Shown here one piece after another: positions 19,086 to 27,552 of a DNA stretch of 64,000 nt. The notes under the pieces are model-generated. The model had not been told where the DNA came from. It saw only the letters and a program-made list of their open reading frames with translations, and ran no database searches. Each line of letters starts with the position of its first letter. Position 1 is the first letter of the stretch. The translations under genes and the position numbers were made by a program. The stretch is from Bacteroidales bacterium (GTDB lineage Bacteria; Bacteroidota; Bacteroidia; Bacteroidales; VadinHA17): contig JAOZPG010000001.1 of the NCBI GenBank assembly GCA_029932855.1, forward strand, positions 83,404 to 147,403. Reading direction: 5' to 3'.

Positions 19086-19912
19086 AAATCAAATTAATTA
19101 AAATATTCCCGGTATTTCTTATTCTTAGTTATATGGTTTCTTCTTGTTCTCCAAAGAATACACCGGAATCAAAAGAACAACTTGTATTAATTGAAACCAG
19201 CCTTGGCAATATTAAAGTAAAATTATATAACGAAACCCCTTTACATCGTGATAATTTTATCAAACTGATAAATGATTCTTTTTACGATAATCTTTTGTTT
19301 CACAGAACTATTAATGAATTCATGATCCAGGGAGGTGACCCTGATTCAAGAAATGCAAAAGCCGGTCAGGCTCTTGGTGATGGTGGGCCGGATTATATTA
19401 TTAAAGCAGAATTTAATTCACAATATTTTCACAAAAAAGGGGCTCTTGCAGCTGCCAGAATGGGAAATCAGCTTAATCCTGAAAAAAATTCTTCTGCTTC
19501 ACAATTTTATATAGTACACGGAAAAACTTTTACGGACGAAGAATTGGACAAAGTTGAGCAAAGGATAAATGATATGTTAAAACAGGCTGTTTTCTTTGGT
19601 TTTATAAAAGAAGAAAAAGAGAAGGTTATTCAAAGAGGGGAAGAGTCGGATATGGCAATAATTCAGCAACAAGCCTCTATTCGTAGTGCCGAGAAATTTG
19701 ATAGTATTAAGGCATATGTTATCCCGGACTACCAACGGGAAATATATAAAACACTGGGCGGGACTCCTCATCTTGATCAGAATTATACAGTATTTGGTGA
19801 AGTTGTTGAGGGCCTGGAGGTGGTTGATAAAATTGCTTCGGTTGAGACAGATTCCAGGGACAGACCTATAAAGGATGTTAAAATAATATCCATTAAGCTT
19901 ATAGAAAAATAA
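19082..19912 (+). CDS. cyclophilin-type peptidylprolyl isomerase, lipoprotein, with a large internal insertion
   Basis: 276 aa with a lipobox MVSSCS. Cyclophilin blocks FHRTINEFMIQGGDP, SASQFYIV and YTVFGEVVEGLEVVDKI are separated by an insertion of roughly 75 aa. Confidence 0.88.
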   Translation: MKIKLIKIFPVFLILSYMVSSCSPKNTPESKEQLVLIETSLGNIKVKLYNETPLHRDNFIKLINDSFYDNLLFHRTINEFMIQGGDPDSRNAKAGQALGDGGPDYIIKAEFNSQYFHKKGALAAARMGNQLNPEKNSSASQFYIVHGKTFTDEELDKVEQRINDMLKQAVFFGFIKEEKEKVIQRGEESDMAIIQQQASIRSAEKFDSIKAYVIPDYQREIYKTLGGTPHLDQNYTVFGEVVEGLEVVDKIASVETDSRDRPIKDVKIISIKLIEK

Positions 19913-19917
19913 TTTTT

Positions 19918-20958
19918 ATGATTGAAAAAATAAATACATTAATAAAGCAAGCCTCCGGTTTCTCTGCTTCCGGTATTAATGACATAGAAAATTTTAGGAT
20001 TTATTATATTGGTAAAAAGGGCTTAATTACTACTCTTTTCCAGGAATTTAAGACTATTGCCCCTGAAGAAAGAAAAGAAATTGGTAAAAAAATTAATGAA
20101 TTAAAGACAATTGTAAATGATAAAATAAAAACTGAGAAATTCAGACTTTTAAGTACAAAAAAAACAGAAGAAAAGAAAGACCTTAGCCTGCCCGGAGACC
20201 TTTTAATACCGGGTTCACGTCATCCCATTTCTCTTGTAAGAAATGAGATTGTTGAAATATTTGCCCGGCTGGGTTTTATAATTTCTGAGGGTCCTGAAAT
20301 TGAAGATGATGAACATGTTTTTTCAAAACTTAATTTTACTGCCGAACATCCTGCCAGAGACATGCAGGATACATTTTTCATAAACAGAAAATCTGCTGAG
20401 CAAAGTGAAAAAAACGATATTCTTTTAAGAACCCACACTTCTTCTGTACAGGTTAGGGTGATGGAAAATCAAAAACCTCCTATTCGTACAATATCACCGG
20501 GTCGTGTTTTTAGAAATGAAGCAATCTCTGCAAGGGCTCATTGTATTTTTCATCAGATAGAGGGTTTATATATAGATAAAAAAGTTTCTTTTGCTGATCT
20601 TAAACAAACTTTATTATATTTTTCAAAGGCAATGTTTGGTGAAGAAACCAGTATACGTTTGCGTCCTTCGTATTTTCCTTTTACTGAACCTTCTGCCGAA
20701 ATGGATGTGACCTGTAAGATATGTGGTGGGAAAGGTTGTAATGTATGCAAATACACCGGCTGGCTGGAAGTGCTGGGTTGCGGAATGGTTGATCCTAATG
20801 TATTGGAAAACTGTAATATAGACAGCCAGGTATATACCGGGTATGCTTTTGGAATGGGTATTGAGAGAATTGCTATGCTAAAATATCATATAAATGACCT
20901 GAGAATGTATTTTGAGAATGATCTCAGATTTTTGGAACAATTTCGCTATTCTTTTTAG
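19918..20958 (+). CDS. pheS: phenylalanine--tRNA ligase alpha subunit
   Basis: 346 aa. Class II motifs HPARDMQDTFF, FRNEAISARAHCIFHQIEGL and GMGIERIAML. Confidence 0.95.
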   Translation: MIEKINTLIKQASGFSASGINDIENFRIYYIGKKGLITTLFQEFKTIAPEERKEIGKKINELKTIVNDKIKTEKFRLLSTKKTEEKKDLSLPGDLLIPGSRHPISLVRNEIVEIFARLGFIISEGPEIEDDEHVFSKLNFTAEHPARDMQDTFFINRKSAEQSEKNDILLRTHTSSVQVRVMENQKPPIRTISPGRVFRNEAISARAHCIFHQIEGLYIDKKVSFADLKQTLLYFSKAMFGEETSIRLRPSYFPFTEPSAEMDVTCKICGGKGCNVCKYTGWLEVLGCGMVDPNVLENCNIDSQVYTGYAFGMGIERIAMLKYHINDLRMYFENDLRFLEQFRYSF

Positions 20959-21371
20959 TTCATAATTTTAATTTCATGAGCCAGTTCAAATGACTTCCTG
21001 TAATTAAAAGAAACCCCACAATATCTATCTTGTGAAAGATTCACGGCTTTTTCAATTTTATTCATGGGCAGATCCTTTCCCCAAAATTCATAAATAATAG
21101 TCATTTTTGAAAAATGTTTTGGGTGCTCTTCTGTTAATTCACCTTCCACTCTTACATTAAACTTGTCTACCTCCACTCTCATTTTATTAAGTATAGAGAT
21201 TACATCCATACCTGTGCAGCCGGCAATAGAAACCATCATTAAAGGTTTTGGTTGAGGGCCCCTGCCTTTGCCTCCAACTTTTTCTGCCGCATCAATAATA
21301 ATTTTCTGTTCTCCTACCTGAGCTTCAAATGCCATTCCTTTTAACCAGTTTACATTAATGGTTTCTTTCAT
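20955..21371 (-). CDS. OsmC family peroxiredoxin-like protein
   Basis: 138 aa with two conserved cysteines in the contexts SIAGCTGMDV and QDRYCGV. Confidence 0.85.
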   Translation of the reverse strand: MKETINVNWLKGMAFEAQVGEQKIIIDAAEKVGGKGRGPQPKPLMMVSIAGCTGMDVISILNKMRVEVDKFNVRVEGELTEEHPKHFSKMTIIYEFWGKDLPMNKIEKAVNLSQDRYCGVSFNYRKSFELAHEIKIMN

Positions 21372-21479
21372 TTTCTCAATACTTTCTTGAATAAAAATTT
21401 TCGCAAATATACTTTAAAATTGTATCTTGCAAAAATTTCCTTTTACTCTGATAGCTTGTAATAAATATAGTTTATAGGC

Positions 21480-22181
21480 GTGAAAAAAAAGAAGTATACC
21501 CCCTCTGAAGAAGAATGTTCCCTTCAGAATCATCCCATTTTTCAGCGTCTTACAGACGAAGAATTTGAACTGGTCAATTATGAAAAAAAATGCGATTTTT
21601 TCTCTCGTGGCGAAATACTTTACCATGAAGGAAAAAGAATGTCTGATTTTTATTGTGTTAACAAAGGAATCGTAAAAATCTATAAGACCGGAATAGATGG
21701 TAAAGAACAAATCATTGCTTTTGCAAAACAAGGAAATATTTTAGGATATCGTTCAATATTAAGTGATGAAAGCGCCTGTACAACAGCAAAAATCATTGAA
21801 GATGCTGTTTTGTGTTTTCTTCCTTCTCAATTACTTGTCGACCTGGTTAAGAAAAATGCTTCATTTTCATACGAAATAATGAAGCTTACATGCCAGGAAC
21901 TGGGTGAGGCAAATTCATATATACTTGATATTGCACAAAAAACGGTGAGAGAGAGGCTGGCTGAAGTATTGATACTTCTTAAAAATAAGTTCGGGCTTGA
22001 TGAAAACAAAACCCTTAATATATCTCTTACACGTGAAGAACTTGCTAATATTGTAGGTACAGCGACTGAGTCTGTTATCCGCCTTCTTTCAGAATTTAAA
22101 GACGATGATTTTGTGGAATTGAATGGCCGGAAAATAAAAATTCTTGATCTCCAGGGCTTAACAAAAACTGCCAGTTTTTAA
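21480..22181 (+). CDS. Crp/Fnr family transcriptional regulator
   Basis: 233 aa with a GTG start. N-terminal cNMP-binding fold (FFSRGEILYHEGKRMSDFYCVNKGIVKIYK) and C-terminal HTH LTREELANIVGTATESVIRLLSEF. There is no FNR-type N-terminal cysteine cluster. Confidence 0.85.
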   Translation: MKKKKYTPSEEECSLQNHPIFQRLTDEEFELVNYEKKCDFFSRGEILYHEGKRMSDFYCVNKGIVKIYKTGIDGKEQIIAFAKQGNILGYRSILSDESACTTAKIIEDAVLCFLPSQLLVDLVKKNASFSYEIMKLTCQELGEANSYILDIAQKTVRERLAEVLILLKNKFGLDENKTLNISLTREELANIVGTATESVIRLLSEFKDDDFVELNGRKIKILDLQGLTKTASF

Positions 22182-22204
22182 ATTGGTTCCGCCTTTTACG
22201 ATTT

Positions 22205-22375
22205 TTATTCCATAATATTATTTAATACTACATATAACAGAAAGCCAAACATAATCAGGCCACCACTTATTAGTAACAACTGATTACTTTCCATTTTCTG
22301 GAACTCTGAATATGCAAGCAATAATACTCCTGCAAAAATAAAAATTATACCTGATCTTTTAATATATTCTCTCAT
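22205..22375 (-). CDS. small two-TM membrane protein (56 aa), below the ORF-track size cutoff
   Basis: Hand-translated: MREYIKRSGIIFIFAGVLLLAYSEFQKMESNQLLLISGGLIMFGFLLYVVLNNIME. It has two clear hydrophobic helices, lies on the same strand 75 nt downstream of ruvB, and fills an otherwise empty 270-bp gap. Confidence 0.4.
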   Translation of the reverse strand: MREYIKRSGIIFIFAGVLLLAYSEFQKMESNQLLLISGGLIMFGFLLYVVLNNIME

Positions 22376-22450
22376 TATACTAACAAATATTTGGTTGTAT
22401 TTATTAAGGCTTTAAATATACATAAAAAAAAAATTCAATATTCTTCAGTA

Positions 22451-23482
22451 TCAAAATAATAATCCTTTTTCTTCTGAATAGTGGGCTTTACCTAAATGTT
22501 TATATGCTTTTTCAGTAGCTTCTCTACCCCGTGGTGTTCTTTTTATGTATCCTTCTTTAATTAAAAAAGGCTCATATACCTCTTCAATTGTTCCTGCTTC
22601 TTCCCCGGTAGCAGTAGCTATAGTAGATATTCCAACTGGTCCTCCTTTAAATTTTTCAATAATGGTAAGCAAAATCCTGTTATCCATTTCATCAAGTCCG
22701 TGAATATCAATATTTAATGCTTTGAGAGAATAGTTAACAATTTTGTAATCAATTTTTCCTGTTCCCTTTACCTGTGCAAAATCACGAACTCGCCTTAATA
22801 ATGCATTAGCAATTCTAGGTGTTCCTCTGCTTCGGGAAGCTATTTCGCCAGCGGCCTTTTTATTGATTTCAACATTTAATATATAGGCAGATCTGTTTAT
22901 AATTCCTGCAAGAACCTCGCTATTATAATATTCAAGGTGTGAGCTTATTCCAAATCTGGCGCGCAGAGGGCTTGTTAACAAACCGGACCTGGTTGTAGCA
23001 CCTATAAGTGTAAAAGGATTAAGTTTTATTTGTACACTGCGCGCACTGGGCCCTTTGTCTATCATTATATCTATTCTGTAATCCTCCATTGCCGAATAAA
23101 GATATTCTTCTACAACCGGACTCAACCTGTGTATTTCATCTATAAATAATACATCATGCTCCTCAAGTCCTGTAAGCAAGCCGGCAAGGTCTCCGGGTTT
23201 ATCAAGAACAGGTCCGGATGTTATTTTTATTCCAACATTCAACTCATTTGCCATAATATATGCAAGAGTGGTTTTTCCCAGGCCCGGAGGACCATGAAAA
23301 AGAGCATGATCAAGTGCTTCTTCTCTTTGCCTGGCAGCTTCAACAAATATTTTAAGATTATCAACAACTTTATTTTGTCCTTTAAAATCTTCAAATTTTA
23401 ATGGCCTTAACTTTGATTCAAATTCCTTTTCCTTTTCCTTTTCTGTAAATTCTTCTAAGCTGAAATCTAAATTATCTGCCAT
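22451..23482 (-). CDS. ruvB: Holliday junction branch migration DNA helicase RuvB
   Basis: 343 aa. Walker [12 protein letters not shown], Walker [10 protein letters not shown] and sensor region [16 protein letters not shown]. Confidence 0.95.
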   Translation of the reverse strand: MADNLDFSLEEFTEKEKEKEFESKLRPLKFEDFKGQNKVVDNLKIFVEAARQREEALDHALFHGPPGLGKTTLAYIMANELNVGIKITSGPVLDKPGDLAGLLTGLEEHDVLFIDEIHRLSPVVEEYLYSAMEDYRIDIMIDKGPSARSVQIKLNPFTLIGATTRSGLLTSPLRARFGISSHLEYYNSEVLAGIINRSAYILNVEINKKAAGEIASRSRGTPRIANALLRRVRDFAQVKGTGKIDYKIVNYSLKALNIDIHGLDEMDNRILLTIIEKFKGGPVGISTIATATGEEAGTIEEVYEPFLIKEGYIKRTPRGREATEKAYKHLGKAHYSEEKGLLF

Positions 23483-23487
23483 TTGTT

Positions 23488-25050
23488 TTATTTTATCCTT
23501 TTTATATCTGTATCAAGATTAACCTTTACTCCGTTTATTCTTCTCTCAATGTCATCTTTGTAATTAATAAGCAGTATTATATTACCTTCAATATCGTATT
23601 TTTTCCAGTTTTTCTGTTTTATTCCTTTTTCATAATATTGTTCTTCGCTGATATTTCCATTACTAAAATAATATTTATGGCTGCCTTCAGGCATGCCAAA
23701 TCTAAAATTTCCTGAAAATTTAAGTGTTCCGTCTTTATAATATTGTTTCCATATTCCCTCTTTCAAACCGGTTATATACTTTCCCTCCTCAATATAATCA
23801 CCCAATTCATAATGCCAAAAACCTTCTTTTTCTCCTTCAATGTATTCACCTCTTAAAATTACTGAACCATTTCTGGAATATTCAACAGATAAACCATCTT
23901 CTTTTCCATTAAAATATTCTTCTTCCCTGTGAAGCTTATTGTTTTCATAATACCATTTCCATAAACCGTTTGTTTTTCCATTTCTGAAAGATCCTGTTTG
24001 TTCTATATTTCCATTTGGTCTGTAATAGTTCCATGTACCAGATTTCAAATTATTAACGTATTCCCCTTCCTTTTTCATTTTTCCTCCTGGATAAAAATAT
24101 TTCCAGTGTCCGAGTTTTTCTCCCTTTTCATTTATAATGCCTTCAGAAATTATATCACCATTATTATCATATATTTTTGAGGAAATAACTTCTCCTGACG
24201 GGGAATAATTTCTATGTATTCCAATAGGAATATTATTTTTATAACTACCACTGGACAAGAGAGTTCCTTCCTTATCATAAACATTTTTTATTTCAACATC
24301 TTCCAGGTCATCATTACTATCATTAATAATTTTTCCTTCTTCATACCTTATAGAAAACCTAAGATTACCATTTTCATCATATTCTTTATAATATCCGTTT
24401 AACAGGTCATTTTTATAATTTTTTTCAAAATGTATTTTTCCATTAGGATAAAACTCTTTCCATACACCTTGTTTTAATTTATTATTATCTGTCCTGTTAA
24501 CTATTTCTCTGTTAATAAGATATCCTTTATGGTATTCCAGTATTGTAATAATTTTTCCTTTCTGTGAATATTCAAGACTTAATCCCTGTTTTTTCCCTTT
24601 AACATAATTTACCGATAATTTAATGCTTCCGTCAGGATAATAAACATATGCTTTACCGTTTCTCAAATTATTCAAGAACAATTCCCTGGAAAAAAGGTAT
24701 CTTTTATTTCCATCTTTTTTATCGAATTCATATTTCAACGAATAACCATTTTTCTTACCAAACTTATAGCTTATTTTCTCTATAGTATCTCCCGACTGAT
24801 TATAAAATATCCATATACTATCTAACAAATGCTCATATCTTTTTCCTTCAGATTTTATAATTCCAGTGACATAATATGTTTTCCAGTATCCATCTGGTTT
24901 TCCATCTTTCATCATACCTTCACTCGAAATCTGTTTATTTGGATAATAAAATACAACCGGACCATTTTTGGTTATTTTCTGTCCATATATGATATTGGAT
25001 ATCAATATCCAACACAAGAAAAATATAAATAATTTACGCTTATTTATCAT
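23488..25050 (-). CDS. secreted MORN-variant (YwqK-like) repeat protein
   Basis: 520 aa with a signal peptide. It carries about 20 degenerate repeats of the form G.W..YY.NGK....G.Y..GK..G. It has a 4-nt overlap with nadA upstream and a 5-nt gap to ruvB downstream. Confidence 0.78.
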   Translation of the reverse strand: MINKRKLFIFFLCWILISNIIYGQKITKNGPVVFYYPNKQISSEGMMKDGKPDGYWKTYYVTGIIKSEGKRYEHLLDSIWIFYNQSGDTIEKISYKFGKKNGYSLKYEFDKKDGNKRYLFSRELFLNNLRNGKAYVYYPDGSIKLSVNYVKGKKQGLSLEYSQKGKIITILEYHKGYLINREIVNRTDNNKLKQGVWKEFYPNGKIHFEKNYKNDLLNGYYKEYDENGNLRFSIRYEEGKIINDSNDDLEDVEIKNVYDKEGTLLSSGSYKNNIPIGIHRNYSPSGEVISSKIYDNNGDIISEGIINEKGEKLGHWKYFYPGGKMKKEGEYVNNLKSGTWNYYRPNGNIEQTGSFRNGKTNGLWKWYYENNKLHREEEYFNGKEDGLSVEYSRNGSVILRGEYIEGEKEGFWHYELGDYIEEGKYITGLKEGIWKQYYKDGTLKFSGNFRFGMPEGSHKYYFSNGNISEEQYYEKGIKQKNWKKYDIEGNIILLINYKDDIERRINGVKVNLDTDIKRIK

Positions 25051-26063
25051 TTGATATAATTATAACCCAGGTCTTTAGATATCTTTAACATTTTGTGAAT
25101 TGATTTGATTGCTTTGTTTATTAATACTTTTTCCAGTATAATTTCCGGTTGTTCATATTTTAATGTAGCCCATAATTTTTTCATGCTTATTAATTTCATG
25201 TATTCGCAATTACTGCATGAATAAGTAATATCTTTTGGAGGGGCTGCAATAAAATGTTTATCCGGGTTTAGTTTTTTCATTTGATGCAATATACCTGATT
25301 CTGTAGCAACAATATAAGTTTTTGAATTGTCTTTATCTGTAAAATTCAATAAAGAAGAGGTAGATCCAATATGGTCAGCAATTTTTAATACTGTTTCTTC
25401 ACATTCAGGATGCGCTATTATTTTTGCTTCCGGATATTTTTCTTTTATTTTTAATATTCTTACTACTGAAAATTTCTCATGAACATGACATGCACCATCC
25501 CATATCAGCATATCCCTTCCAGTCTTACTTTTAATATAATTTCCCAAATTTCTGTCAGGAGCAAATATTATTTTCTCATCCTCAGGTAATGATTCTACTA
25601 TTTTCAGAGCATTTGTTGAAGTACATACAATATCTGTTAATGTTTTTATTTCAGCTGTAGTATTTACATATGATATAACTGTATGATAAGGATGTGCTTC
25701 CAAAAATTTCTTAAACTTATCTGCAGGACATGAATTTGCAAGAGAACAACCTGCATTTAAATCAGGAATAAGTACTTTTTTATCAGGAACCAATATTTTT
25801 GCTGTTTCAGCCATAAAATGAACTCCTGCAATAATTATAATATCAGCCTTATTTTTTTCAGCCATTTGAGCTAATACAAGACTATCACCAACAAAATCTG
25901 CAATATCCTGAATGTCACTATTTTGATAAAAATGAGCCAATATTACAGCATTCTTCTCCTTCTTCATTCTTTTTATGTCCTCAATTATATCAATATCCGG
26001 AGGAGGATTAATATTACAAAAGCCATATTTTTTTACATTAAAATATACTTGTCCACTGTTCAT
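25047..26063 (-). CDS. nadA: quinolinate synthase
   Basis: 338 aa. Blocks AVILAHFYQNSDIQDIADFVGDSL, GVHFMAETAKIL and HPECEETV, plus conserved cysteines. Confidence 0.93.
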   Translation of the reverse strand: MNSGQVYFNVKKYGFCNINPPPDIDIIEDIKRMKKEKNAVILAHFYQNSDIQDIADFVGDSLVLAQMAEKNKADIIIIAGVHFMAETAKILVPDKKVLIPDLNAGCSLANSCPADKFKKFLEAHPYHTVISYVNTTAEIKTLTDIVCTSTNALKIVESLPEDEKIIFAPDRNLGNYIKSKTGRDMLIWDGACHVHEKFSVVRILKIKEKYPEAKIIAHPECEETVLKIADHIGSTSSLLNFTDKDNSKTYIVATESGILHQMKKLNPDKHFIAAPPKDITYSCSNCEYMKLISMKKLWATLKYEQPEIILEKVLINKAIKSIHKMLKISKDLGYNYIK

Positions 26064-26290
26064 TTATATTATTATTAATTACTTATATATATATGATATT
26101 AATATTGTGCTGTTGAAAAAGTTAATAAAAACAATTTCATTCATTAATTATTTTTTAAAAATAGAAATAAACAGCTTCTAAATAGATTATTGTTTTATTA
26201 AAATGTTAAAAATCAATATATTACCATAAAAGTAATAATATTGTTAATTAATTAATATTTAATTATATATCACAAAATATTTAGTTAAGT

Positions 26291-26318
26291 TGTTCATAAA
26301 ATGTTTGTGAAATGAACA
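26291..26318. promoter_or_regulatory. inverted repeat TGTTCAT-N14-ATGAACA in the nadA/rpiB divergent intergenic region
   Basis: Perfect 7-bp arms at 26291-26297 and 26312-26318. The right arm is part of a 15-mer that recurs at 42326-42340. Confidence 0.35.
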
Positions 26319-26526
26319 GAGAAATTAAAAACTAAAATGAGAAAAATCAATTTATTTTTATATAGAGAATAAAAGTAATTTATTTTAATAAAAGTTTTAC
26401 AACTTTATTAACAGGGATTAAACAAATAATGAAAATTTAAATATTGTTTCAAAACATATATAAAACAGTTAAATACCAGTGATATTTTATATATTACGAA
26501 AATTTTATTTTAGCCATTCATATTAA

Positions 26527-26964
26527 ATGAAAATAAAAATAATAGCGATTGCATCAGATCATGCAGGATATAATTTGAAAACAAAAATTATTAAGTACCT
26601 GAAAGGAAAAAATTTTATAGTTAATGACCTGGGAACAGATAGTGAAAAAAGTGTGGATTATCCCGATTATGGCCATCAGCTGGCAAGAGAAATTGAACAA
26701 AATAAAGCAGATATTGGCATTAGCTTATGCGGCAGTGGAAATGGTATAAATATGACAATGAATAAACATAAAAAAATAAGGTCAGCACTTTGCTGGTCTG
26801 AGGAAATATCAAGCTTAGCCAGAGCACATAATGATGCAAATAATTGTGCTTTACCTGCAAGATTCATAGATTATAAAGAAGCAATTTTAATAATAAATGC
26901 GTTTTTAACTACTGATTTTGAAGGAGGAAGGCACATAGCAAGAGTGAATAAAATTGCTTATTAA
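26527..26964 (+). CDS. rpiB: ribose 5-phosphate isomerase B (RpiB/LacAB family)
   Basis: 145 aa. Motifs IASDHAGYNLK, CGSGNGINMTMNK and FEGGRHIARV. Confidence 0.9.
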   Translation: MKIKIIAIASDHAGYNLKTKIIKYLKGKNFIVNDLGTDSEKSVDYPDYGHQLAREIEQNKADIGISLCGSGNGINMTMNKHKKIRSALCWSEEISSLARAHNDANNCALPARFIDYKEAILIINAFLTTDFEGGRHIARVNKIAY

Positions 26965-26975
26965 TAAAACAGATT

Positions 26976-27419
26976 ATGATTTTATCTAATGCCTGTAAAT
27001 ATGGAATAAGAGCGCTAATATTTTTAGCATTAACTGACAATAAGCATAAAAATATAGGAATAAAAACAATTGCAAAAAAATTAGATATCCCAACACCGTT
27101 TCTTAGTAAAATATTACAGAATCTGGCAAAACATAATATATTATTATCTACAAAAGGACCTCATGGCGGCTTTCAGTTAGCAAAGGATCCTAAAACGATA
27201 AAAATGATAGACATTGTTCTTATTATTGATGGAGACGATGTATTTGAAACATGTCTGATAAGTCTTAAATCATGCAATACAAGAGATCATAATCATAAGC
27301 CCTGCCCGGTACATAAGAAATTCCTTCCAATACAAAAGCAGCTGATAAGTTTATTTACAAACGAGTCTATTTCCAATCTTGCTGAAGATATTGAGGCAGG
27401 TAATATTATAGAGATTTAA
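26976..27419 (+). CDS. Rrf2 family transcriptional regulator with candidate Fe-S ligands
   Basis: 147 aa. N-terminal winged helix ACKYGIRALIFLA...IKTIAKKLDIPTPFLSKILQNLAKHNIL, then C93-x6-C100-x9-C110-x2-H113. It lies 11 nt downstream of rpiB. Confidence 0.85.
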   Translation: MILSNACKYGIRALIFLALTDNKHKNIGIKTIAKKLDIPTPFLSKILQNLAKHNILLSTKGPHGGFQLAKDPKTIKMIDIVLIIDGDDVFETCLISLKSCNTRDHNHKPCPVHKKFLPIQKQLISLFTNESISNLAEDIEAGNIIEI

Positions 27420-27552
27420 TAAGTCCTATAATTTTCTTAATTTTAGTAAGCACAATTTACATATAAATCTACTGAAACAGAGAACAGTTCTTGATTTAAG
27501 ACATGTATTCGTCTGTGTTTAAATTCTCATTTATAATTGGTTTTAGTGTATT

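Noticed and set aside
21414-21731. A 105-aa minus-strand ORF overlapping the start of the Crp/Fnr gene.
   Set aside because: It overlaps 250 nt of a gene with clear cNMP-binding and HTH motifs. Its own translation has no recognisable features.
23488-25050. Periodic sequence in the MORN-repeat gene as a possible DNA tandem repeat or CRISPR-like array.
   Set aside because: The periodicity is at protein level only, with degenerate ~23-aa repeats. There are no conserved direct DNA repeats with unique spacers, and the whole region is one continuous ORF.
26064-26526. The AT-rich 463-bp region as a replication origin or a mobile-element scar.
   Set aside because: I found no DnaA-box-like TTATCCACA or TGTGGATAA sequences in it and no dnaA or dnaN nearby. 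There are no terminal repeats, target duplications or recombinase genes.
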